DNA of 10,089 nucleotides from a virus (Duplodnaviria; Heunggongvirae; Uroviricota; Caudoviricetes): IMG/VR virus record IMGVR_UViG_2675903357_000009; one strand, 5' to 3'. Shown piece by piece: positions 1 to 6,017 of this stretch (position 1 is its first letter; each line of letters starts with the position of its first letter). The notes under the pieces were generated by a model. It saw only the letters and a program-made list of their open reading frames with translations, ran no database searches and was not told where the DNA came from. The position numbers and the translations under genes were made by a program.

Positions 1-72
1 GGGAAAAATATCATCAGATGGCTGCTTAAAAAAAGAACAAATGGTAGTGTCCGCTATTGCCAGTACACCTCA
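1..72 (+). mobile_element. Right end of an IS3-family (IS600-like) element; the body lies beyond the window start
   Basis: Positions 1-72 are identical to 3581-3652 (end of the internal IS copy) and are the exact reverse complement of 10018-10089. Contains the last 9 codons of transposase orfB (..EKYHQMAA, stop at 27-29) and a terminal ..CCAGTACACCTCA (IS3-type TG..CA end). Confidence 0.85.
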
Positions 73-199
73 GGGTATAAGGGGTTATGGCCACCGGACT
101 ACCAAACGGCTGCCAGCCCTCTTTCAGTTTATGTGTCAGCTTTTCCGCAAGATCTGACGGCGGCGCCGCCCTGACAACATCATAGTGTTTAAATGCCAT
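73..199 (-). pseudogene. Phage late-region hypothetical gene, 3'-truncated by the IS end at 72 (MAFKHYDVVRAAPPSDLAEKLTHKLKEGWQPFGSPVAITPYT..)
   Basis: ATG at 199-197 with GGTGGAAAG upstream. The reading frame runs into the IS terminal repeat, so the native C-terminus is missing. A diverged counterpart lies at 3662-3763 downstream of R2. Confidence 0.5.
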
Positions 200-392
200 G
201 GTTCTTTCCACCATCTGAAAAATAATTCTTTAAAATACCTGACATGTAATACAGAAAAAACACAAAACCATACCTTAAATAAAAACCTGATTATCAAGCA
301 GATATGCATGGATAAACTACAAGACGAGATATAAACCACCCTGCATTTAAATAAACAATAAACAACATCAGAAAAATAATTCTGCTCTATGG

Positions 393-419
393 TTTACATT
401 CAAAAATATCATTTATACT
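393..419 (+). promoter_or_regulatory. Candidate sigma70 promoter for the 460-795 ORF (-35 TTTACA, -10 TATACT)
   Basis: TTTACA at 393-398 and TATACT at 414-419 (15-bp spacer, so suboptimal), about 40 bp upstream of an AAGGAA Shine-Dalgarno and the ATG at 460. Confidence 0.35.
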
Positions 420-459
420 TTTCAGAACATCACCAGCAAGGCATAAACAAGGAAACTAA

Positions 460-795
460 ATGAAGTGGATTGTGATTGATACAGTTATCCAGCCATCATG
501 CGGAATATCTTTTTCAGTCATATGGAGTAAAATAAAATTAATAATCTGGTATCAATCGGATGCTTTCTTACCTCCTGAAAGTATATTTACACTGACTCAC
601 ACAGGCATCATGCTCAATAACAAAGTGCTACCTGTAACCATTTACAACGTAGTACCATTCAATAAAACATTCTGGAATTCAATCAAAAATAGCCAGGAAT
701 GCCCTACAAATACAGATAACGTATTGAATGAATGCTTTAATAACCGTTGCACTCTGCAAATATGTCCTTATGGACTAAAACAACAAAGTCCATAA
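460..795 (+). CDS. Hypothetical protein (111 aa), AT-rich moron-like ORF with a Cys-rich C-terminus, opposite in orientation to the phage late genes
   Basis: ATG at 460 preceded by AAGGAA with 5-nt spacing. A 111-codon open frame in a ~32% GC segment, where chance ORFs are rare. No recognisable family by eye. Confidence 0.5.
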   Translation: MKWIVIDTVIQPSCGISFSVIWSKIKLIIWYQSDAFLPPESIFTLTHTGIMLNNKVLPVTIYNVVPFNKTFWNSIKNSQECPTNTDNVLNECFNNRCTLQICPYGLKQQSP

Positions 796-827
796 GGAGT
801 TTACTCACATCTGACAAAATCAATATA

Positions 828-1055
828 AACAGCCCCTCCGGAGAGGGGCTGGAGAGTGGCGCTATGTGCCATTGCATGGTGCCGGGTGCCTCCCGGTGAA
901 TTCAGTACCAGCACCTGAATCCGCGATTATCCCATATACCTACTCGCTGATTGCCCCTCCGCACAGGGGGATTCACCATGCCAGTTTCTTTTAACAAACT
1001 CCCCGCAAACCAGACAACAGTCAACCGCCTGAATTGTGAAGTATTTAAAAATTTC
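828..1055. repeat. Conserved ~225-bp element R, copy 1 (near-identical to 3841-4065)
   Basis: Direct comparison with 3841-4065 shows only a few mismatches, while the flanks on both sides are unrelated. Begins with the hairpin AGCCCCTC-CGGA-GAGGGGCT. No convincing ORF on either strand. Confidence 0.8.
831..850 (-). terminator. Intrinsic-terminator-like hairpin at the downstream end of R (for minus-strand transcription)
   Basis: Perfect 8-bp stem with 4-nt loop at 831-850, followed on the minus strand by the U-rich tract GUUUAUAUUGAUUUUG (811-830). Confidence 0.5.
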
Positions 1056-1075
1056 TCCCGCTAACTGATACCCGG

Positions 1076-1162
1076 CTAACAGTCTGGCGTTTTCTTTTTC
1101 AGCAACGGGAAAGCAACAACCACCACACCCGCCACCAGCACACCGTCAGCCAGCACTGACAT
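1076..1162 (-). CDS. Candidate small hydrophobic peptide (28 aa, MSVLADGVLVAGVVVVAFPLLKKKTPDC); possible GTG start at 1207
   Basis: Short ORF with one transmembrane-like stretch and a lysine-rich C-terminus. Weak Shine-Dalgarno. Seen only by manual translation. Confidence 0.2.
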   Translation of the reverse strand: MSVLADGVLVAGVVVVAFPLLKKKTPDC

Positions 1163-1242
1163 TATCCGGCTGCTGCAATGCCATTCACAAAAACAGTAAG
1201 CAATCACTTTTTACCGTAACAGGTGATAATCCAGATATGTAT

Positions 1243-1569
1243 CTACCCCAGATGAGTAATCCGAAGTTCATCCATACCACAGGTCCTGGCTATTCTGTTG
1301 TACTCCTGAACAAGAGCAAATAATTCTGAATTAGCAACCATGAACTCATCGCAAACCCTCTGTATAGCATCACTATTCAGAATAATAACGTCTCTTCCCG
1401 AAAGACGATCAGGAGTACAGAACAAAACTGTCAAACGGCTGAAGGCCTTTGCTCGTGCTGCATTGACTATATCAATACGCTGCCTAAGGATGAAACACCC
1501 CGACGCCTCATCAATATTCACTCTACCCACACCATATGAATGATAAATATTTAATGCTGAAAAAACCAT
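1243..1569 (-). CDS. Hypothetical protein (108 aa from the ATG at 1569; the ORF track extends it to a TTG at 1596)
   Basis: Longest ORF in the copy-1-specific segment 1056-1706, co-oriented with the late genes. No clear Shine-Dalgarno and no recognisable family. Confidence 0.3.
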   Translation of the reverse strand: MVFSALNIYHSYGVGRVNIDEASGCFILRQRIDIVNAARAKAFSRLTVLFCTPDRLSGRDVIILNSDAIQRVCDEFMVANSELFALVQEYNRIARTCGMDELRITHLG

Positions 1570-1706
1570 TAGACCGTATAACAAACACTCAATCAATACT
1601 TAACAGAACTTTTATTTTTGACAAACATAAAATATTTTCAACAATATCCTGAGCCAGGTATATTTCAGTATAAGGCTCTGCCGGAAGGAATCTGGAAGAA
1701 TGAATA

Positions 1707-1783
1707 TGGCGCGCTGTACTGGATTCGAACCAGTGACCGATTGCTTAGAAGGCAATTGCTCTGTCCGGCTGAGCTAACAACGC
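1707..1783 (-). tRNA. argO: tRNA-Arg (anticodon UCU), copy 1
   Basis: The 77-nt reverse complement folds as a canonical cloverleaf with T-loop GGTTCGAATCC, anticodon loop CTTCTAA and encoded CCA. One G-U wobble in the acceptor stem relative to the copy at 4097-4173. Confidence 0.85.
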
Positions 1784-1796
1784 TGAATACCGATAA

Positions 1797-1876
1797 TGGA
1801 CCGCCATCGGGGACCCGCCCCCGCACCAACAACCCTGTTATCGTGTCGTCTGCTCTTCCTGATAAGCTAATGGCGG
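1797..1876 (-). pseudogene. Degenerate tRNA-like remnant in the argN position
   Basis: Keeps both acceptor-stem halves, the D arm and CCA of the argN copy at 4187-4263, but the anticodon arm and T loop are replaced by sequence that does not fold as a tRNA (80 nt). Confidence 0.55.
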
Positions 1877-1883
1877 TTTGTGA

Positions 1884-1959
1884 TGGTGGCCCTTGCTGGA
1901 TTTGAACCAGCGACCTGGCGATTATGAGTCGCTCGCTCTCACCACTGAGCTAAAGGGCC
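1884..1959 (-). tRNA. ileZ: tRNA with anticodon CAU (Ile2/lysidine type), copy 1
   Basis: 76-nt cloverleaf with anticodon loop CTCATAA, T-loop GGTTCAAATCC and encoded CCA. Identical to 4271-4346. Confidence 0.85.
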
Positions 1960-1996
1960 GGGAGCAGAATAATAACGGTCCGTAATTAATTCCGCA

Positions 1997-2022
1997 ATAA
2001 AAAACCCGCTCGGCGGCGGGTT
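1997..2022 (-). terminator. tR'-like intrinsic terminator downstream of pR', copy 1
   Basis: Hairpin AACCCGC / GCGGGTT (2003-2009 / 2016-2022) followed on the minus strand by a U6 tract. Confidence 0.65.
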
Positions 2023-2057
2023 GTAGAAACTCTTCTAACGTCAGGCATAAAACGCCC

Positions 2058-2097
2058 ATAGTTATGACGAATTTACCACAGATTCCGGAAAAATCAA
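2058..2097 (-). promoter_or_regulatory. Lambda-type late promoter pR' with qut/pause region, copy 1 (pause element AACTAT)
   Basis: On the minus strand: -35 TTGATT (2097-2092), 16-bp spacer, -10 TAAATT (2075-2070), then CGTCAT and AACTATGGG. Same layout as lambda pR' (TAAATT-N6-AACGATGGG), with one substitution in the pause element. Confidence 0.6.
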
Positions 2098-2513
2098 CCT
2101 AGTTACCTTTTTTAACTGCCGCTCAGCCCATGCTTCTTCAATATCAAACCGAGTCACCAGCGCATCATAGAATTTCTTAACTGTTTTTTCCCATGACGCG
2201 CGTGTTATCTGGTTTGTCACCTCGCATATAGCATTAAATGCCTCCGTTGATGGTAGTCTTTCATAGCCACGACCACCACAACGCTGGCAGTCTCTGATAA
2301 CAGGCATACCACGTTTTACCGACTCTTCACGATGAATGGCGACACCACGCCCACGGCAATCCTTACAGGCGGTGGAAACCTCACCCTTTCCGCCACACTC
2401 CGGACAGGCAACTTTTACCACCTCCCTGACTTTTTTCCATTCTTCCCAGTAAGACGGATACACACCTTTCGTACACTTTGCCCATACCGGCGGCTTACCA
2501 TCCGGATACTGGA
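2062..2513 (-). pseudogene. Q: Antiterminator Q, N-terminally truncated copy (C-terminal ~150 codons)
   Basis: Near-identical to 6018-6433 of the intact Q gene. The upstream part is replaced by IS sequence at 2514. An 8-bp deletion at the native stop extends the frame by 14 codons. Confidence 0.85.
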
Positions 2514-2755
2514 ATGAAAATCAACTTTCGATCAGTGAAGGCGCTTCCCGATTATCTCTTCCTGAAGGCACTTTAGGACAATGGGTTACCGCCGCCAGAA
2601 AAGGGCTCGGTACTCCTGGTTCCCGCACGGTGGCTGAACTGGAATCTGAAATTCTGCAACTGCGTAAGGCGTTAAATGAAGCTCGCCTTGAGCGAGATAT
2701 ATTAAAAAAAGCAACAGCGTATTTTGCACAGGAGTCGCTGAAAAATACGCGTTAA
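2514..2755 (+). pseudogene. IS3-family transposase orfA, 5'-truncated (80 codons remain)
   Basis: Frame open from the junction to TAA at 2753-2755. Ends in the leucine-zipper-like motif typical of IS3 OrfA. Confidence 0.85.
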
Positions 2756-3609
2756 TCGAACAATGGCGACAACAATTTCCCATTGAAGCGATGTGTCAGG
2801 TATTTGGTGTATCCAGGAGCGGTTATTACAACTGGGTACAGCATGAACCCTCAGACAGAAAACAAAGTGATGAGCGGCTAAAACTGGAGATTAAGGTGGC
2901 ACATATCCGCACTCGCGAAACATATGGAACCCGGCGGCTCCAGACGGAGCTGGCAGAGAATGGCATCATCGTTGGTCGTGACCGACTGGCACGTCTTCGT
3001 AAGGAGCTAAGGCTACGCTGTAAGCAGAAACGCAAGTTCAGAGCGACTACGAACTCGAACCACAATCTGCCAGTTGCGCCAAATCTGCTGAACCAGACGT
3101 TCGCTCCTACAGCACCAAATCAGGTCTGGGTGGCGGACCTGACGTATGTTGCCACACAGGAGGGATGGTTGTACCTCGCTGGCATCAAAGATGTTTATAC
3201 GTGCGAAATTGTCGGCTACGCCATGGGAGAGCGCATGACAAAAGAGCTGACAGGTAAAGCCCTGTTTATGGCGCTCAGGAGCCAGCGCCCACCTGCCGGG
3301 CTAATCCACCACTCTGATCGAGGTTCACAGTACTGCGCATACGATTACCGGGTCATACAGGAGCAGTCTGGTCTGAAAACATCAATGTCGCGTAAAGGTA
3401 ACTGTTACGACAACGCTCCGATGGAAAGCTTCTGGGGAACGCTGAAAAATGAGAGCCTGAGCCACTATCGTTTTAATAACCGGGATGAAGCCATCTCAGT
3501 AATACGGGAATACATTGAGATTTTCTACAATCGTCAGCGTCGTCACTCTCGTCTGGGGAATATCTCCCCGGCAGCCTTCAGGGAAAAATATCATCAGATG
3601 GCTGCTTAA
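2692..3609 (+). CDS. IS3-family transposase orfB (-1 frame, DDE catalytic domain; first ATG at 2791)
   Basis: 272-aa ATG ORF 2791-3609 with ..DLTYV..HSDRGSQY..YDNAPMESFWGTLK.. The -1 frame is open from 2692 and overlaps the orfA 3' end, as expected for an OrfAB fusion. Confidence 0.9.
   Translation, partial: ARYIKKSNSVFCTGVAEKYALIEQWRQQFPIEAMCQVFGVSRSGYYNWVQHEPSDRKQSDERLKLEIKVAHIRTRETYGTRRLQTELAENGIIVGRDRLARLRKELRLRCKQKRKFRATTNSNHNLPVAPNLLNQTFAPTAPNQVWVADLTYVATQEGWLYLAGIKDVYTCEIVGYAMGERMTKELTGKALFMALRSQRPPAGLIHHSDRGSQYCAYDYRVIQEQSGLKTSMSRKGNCYDNAPMESFWGTLKNESLSHYRFNNRDEAISVIREYIEIFYNRQRRHSRLGNISPAAFREKYHQMAA
2704..2711 (+). other. Programmed -1 ribosomal frameshift site (A7 run followed by G) between orfA and orfB
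   Basis: AAAAAAAG at 2704-2711 lies in the orfA/orfB overlap. The zero-frame codons are AAA AAA, and the -1 frame continues into orfB. Confidence 0.7.
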
Positions 3610-3840
3610 AAAAAGAACAAATGGTAGTGTCCGCTATTGCCAGTACACCTCAGGATAGCGGTCATGTGATGCCGGTTTCCCGGTAACTCAGCACCGGTAT
3701 CTGAGTCAACGTTTTCTCTACTGGGTCATTTCCGATACGCCCTGCCTGCTGACAGGCTTTCATCACATCTGAAAATATAGCACCCTGACTGATACTGTAG
3801 TACCTAAGGTTCCAGAAACTGTGATGTATCCGGCACAGAA

Positions 3841-4065
3841 AAGCCCCTCCGGAGAGGGCTGGAGAGTGGCGCTATGTGCCATTGCATGATGCCGGGTGCC
3901 TCCCGGTGAATTCAGTACCAGCACCTGAATCCGCGATTATCCCATATACCTACTCGCTGATTGCCCCTCCGCACAGGGGGATTCACCATGCCAGTTTCTT
4001 TTAACAAACTCCCCGCAAAACAGACAACTGTCAACCGTCTGAATTGTGAGACATTTAAAAAAAAG
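3841..4065. repeat. Conserved ~225-bp element R, copy 2
   Basis: Near-identical to 828-1055. Directly follows the tRNA-operon terminator and sits 43 bp upstream of the next late-region ORF. Confidence 0.8.
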
Positions 4066-4082
4066 GCCCGCAAAAGCGAGCC
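4057..4082 (-). terminator. Intrinsic terminator immediately downstream of argO
   Basis: On the minus strand: GGCUCGC-UUUU-GCGGGCC (one G-U pair) followed by a U8 run, 14 nt after the tRNA 3' end. Confidence 0.7.
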
Positions 4083-4096
4083 AGGGAAAATAAGTG

Positions 4097-4173
4097 TGGC
4101 GCGTTGTACTGGATTCGAACCAGTGACCGATTGCTTAGAAGGCAATTGCTCTGTCCGGCTGAGCTAACAACGC
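4097..4173 (-). tRNA. argO: tRNA-Arg (anticodon UCU), copy 2
   Basis: 77 nt with perfect acceptor stem GCGTTGT/ACAACGC, anticodon loop CTTCTAA, T-loop TTCGAAT and encoded CCA. Confidence 0.9.
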
Positions 4174-4186
4174 ATGATGCAGATAA

Positions 4187-4263
4187 TGGACCGCCATCGG
4201 GGACTTGAACCCCGCGCAGCCAGCTTCGAAGGCTGGCGCTCTTTCCTGATGAGCTAATGGCGG
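4187..4263 (-). tRNA. argN: tRNA-Arg (anticodon UCG)
   Basis: 77 nt with acceptor stem CCGCCAT/ATGGCGG, D stem GCTC/GAGC, anticodon stem CCAGC/GCTGG with loop CTTCGAA, T arm CGGGG-TTCAAGT-CCCCG and encoded CCA. Confidence 0.8.
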
Positions 4264-4270
4264 TATGTGA

Positions 4271-4346
4271 TGGTGGCCCTTGCTGGATTTGAACCAGCGA
4301 CCTGGCGATTATGAGTCGCTCGCTCTCACCACTGAGCTAAAGGGCC
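4271..4346 (-). tRNA. ileZ: tRNA with anticodon CAU (Ile2/lysidine type), copy 2
   Basis: 76 nt, resembles E. coli ileX-type tRNA; anticodon loop CTCATAA, encoded CCA. Confidence 0.85.
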
Positions 4347-4386
4347 GGGAGCCGCATAATAACGACGCGTAATTAATTCTTCAATA

Positions 4387-5445
4387 TCATCCGTTCTGGC
4401 TGACTAAATCCTGTACTTCCCGAACCGTCTGCTCAAAACGTTCAGTCTCCAGCTCAACGCCAATTGCACGACGCCCGAGCGCCAGTGCCGCTTTCACTGT
4501 CGAACCCAACCCCATGAAAAAATCTGCAATCAGGTCACCCGGACGACTGCTAGCGCTGATTATCTGCTGCAGCATTTCTGCCGGTTTTTCGCACGGATGT
4601 TTCCCGGGATAGAACTGCACCGGTTTATGCGTCCACACATCGGTATACGGCACCTGCACCGTCACGCCAAAATACCGCCGCAGATGTTTATATTCACTCA
4701 GCAGCTCCGCATACTGCCGGTTCAGTGAGGTATACGTATCCACCAGCTGGTGGTGGAGCTTTTCCAGTTCACCACGCCGATGCTTCTCTTCTGCCACCCG
4801 GGCAAACAGCGCCTGTAATTTCAGATAATCGCTTTCATTCGGCAACTGCCACTGACCGGCACTGAACCAGTGCGACACCATGTTTTTCTTTCCTGTGGCA
4901 TCTGCAATCTGTTTTGCCGTTATCCCCAGGGCAGCTCGCGCATCACGAAAGTAAGAAATCAGCGGGGCCATCACATGCTGTTTCAGTGCACTGCCCTTCG
5001 CCGCATACCCGGCATCTTTCGGACGATACGGCCCCTGATAATGTTCCGCGAACAGAATGCGCTCTGTGGCGGGGAAATACGCCCGCAGGCTTTCCTTGTT
5101 GCATCCGTTCCAGCGTCCGGACGGCTTCGCCCAGATAATATGGTTCAGCACACTGAAGCGTTCACGCATCATGATTTCGATATCAGATGCCAGGCGATGA
5201 CCACAGAACAGGTAAAGACTTCCGGCAGGTTTCAGCACCCGCCAGAACTGCGCCAGACACTGGTCCAGCCACTTCAGGTAATCATCGTCGCCCTTCCACT
5301 GGTTATCCCAGCCCTCAGGCTTCACTTTAAAGTACGGCGGGTCCGTGACTATCAGGTCAACAGAATTTTCGGGTAACGACCGGATAAATTCCAGGCAGTC
5401 GGCGTTGATTAACTCACAACTGGATATTTTTACAGTATTAAGCAT
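4387..5445 (-). CDS. DNA methyltransferase (N6-adenine/N4-cytosine class, DPPY motif, beta-type motif order)
   Basis: 352 aa with an N-terminal DPPY (motif IV) and a C-terminal FxGxG AdoMet-binding motif (DFFMGLGST), plus a long middle insertion. ATG at 5445-5443. Confidence 0.85.
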   Translation of the reverse strand: MLNTVKISSCELINADCLEFIRSLPENSVDLIVTDPPYFKVKPEGWDNQWKGDDDYLKWLDQCLAQFWRVLKPAGSLYLFCGHRLASDIEIMMRERFSVLNHIIWAKPSGRWNGCNKESLRAYFPATERILFAEHYQGPYRPKDAGYAAKGSALKQHVMAPLISYFRDARAALGITAKQIADATGKKNMVSHWFSAGQWQLPNESDYLKLQALFARVAEEKHRRGELEKLHHQLVDTYTSLNRQYAELLSEYKHLRRYFGVTVQVPYTDVWTHKPVQFYPGKHPCEKPAEMLQQIISASSRPGDLIADFFMGLGSTVKAALALGRRAIGVELETERFEQTVREVQDLVSQNG

Positions 5446-5595
5446 GGATCATTAAGCCTGTCTCTGATAGGCTCATTCTGCTTTTGCGCAAAGCAGTGGG
5501 CCTGAGGTTTGCTTGTGAACCCAACGCATGAGCAGATGGCTGGTGGGTGCCCCTAACACCCACCAGCCGCCCATTTACCACAAATAAAAAAGCCT

Positions 5596-5793
5596 TCACT
5601 GCGGAAGGCGTCTGTAACAACCGAACTGATAGTCTGCCAGACCCGCCATAACCAGCTGGGTCAGTATTAACTGGCAGCGTTCGCGTGAAAGGTAAGTATT
5701 CTGCGCTATCTCCCCGACTGTCGCCGGTTCGGTAACGCTTAATTCATTAAACACCACTCTGGCGGTTTCTGTCATATCCTGCTGTTTTAGCAT
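5596..5793 (-). CDS. Small putative winged-helix/HTH DNA-binding protein (65 aa) upstream of the methyltransferase
   Basis: ATG at 5793 with a strong AAGGAAAAG Shine-Dalgarno. The segment TVGEIAQNTYLSRERCQLILTQLVMAGL looks helix-turn-helix-like by eye. Confidence 0.5.
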   Translation of the reverse strand: MLKQQDMTETARVVFNELSVTEPATVGEIAQNTYLSRERCQLILTQLVMAGLADYQFGCYRRLPQ

Positions 5794-5911
5794 GTCTTTT
5801 CCTTTTCCGGTTAACGTGACACACCAATAACTCTTGTCGAAAAAGCCAGCAAGCTGAAAGACAGGTATTCACCGCCACCAGCGCGTTTACTGTACTGACG
5901 CGATTTCAGTC

Positions 5912-5937
5912 ATAAAAAACCCGCTCGGCGGCGGGTT
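5912..5937 (-). terminator. tR'-like intrinsic terminator downstream of pR', copy 2
   Basis: Hairpin AACCCGC / GCGGGTT (5918-5924 / 5931-5937) followed on the minus strand by a U-run (RC of 5912-5919). Confidence 0.7.
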
Positions 5938-5972
5938 GTAGAAACTCTTCTAACGTCAGGCATAAAACGCCC

Positions 5973-6012
5973 ATCGTTATGACGAATTTACCACAGATTC
6001 CGGAAAAATCAA
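5973..6012 (-). promoter_or_regulatory. Lambda-type late promoter pR' with qut and sigma-dependent pause element
   Basis: On the minus strand: -35 TTGATT (6012-6007), 16-bp spacer, -10 TAAATT (5990-5985), then CGTCAT and AACGATGGG (5978-5970). This matches the recalled lambda pR' layout TAAATT-TGACTC-AACGATGGG, and it starts 6 bp after the Q stop. Confidence 0.7.
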
Positions 6013-6017
6013 CCTTG

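Larger units (their letters stand above)
2514..3652 (+). mobile_element. IS3-family (IS600-like) element, 5'-truncated (no left inverted repeat, partial orfA)
   Basis: orfA fragment (..LSISEGASRLSLPEGTLGQWV..ERDILKKATAYFAQESLKNTR) followed by a complete orfB with the DDE region, ending in the same terminal sequence seen at 1-72. Homology to Q' stops abruptly at 2513. Confidence 0.9.

Noticed and set aside
136-339. 67-aa minus-strand ORF
   Set aside because: It overlaps the start of the truncated late gene in another frame and has no ribosome-binding site; hydrophobic composition alone is not enough.
1340-1543. 67-aa plus-strand ORF
   Set aside because: It is antisense to the longer 1243-1569 ORF and has no Shine-Dalgarno; neither can be confirmed, and the longer one is listed with low confidence instead.
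240-1717. Shiga toxin genes stxA/stxB in the slot downstream of ileZ-argN-argO
   Set aside because: No ORF on either strand resembles the StxA or StxB sequences I recall; the ORFs present are unrelated.
1618-1905. 95-aa plus-strand ORF
   Set aside because: It runs through the argO, argN-like and ileZ tRNA genes, so it is a chance frame across structural RNA.
2586-3065. Minus-strand ORFs 2586-2783 and 2826-3065
   Set aside because: Antisense to IS transposase orfA and orfB.
3912-4167. ORFs 3912-4145 (minus) and 3961-4167 (plus)
   Set aside because: They span the noncoding R element, a terminator and argO, with no ribosome-binding site.
4870-5376. Plus-strand ORFs 4870-5376 and 4914-5138
   Set aside because: Antisense to the well-supported methyltransferase CDS.
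5438-5620. 60-aa minus-strand ORF
   Set aside because: It overlaps the methyltransferase start and the long palindrome; it has low-complexity composition and no ribosome-binding site.
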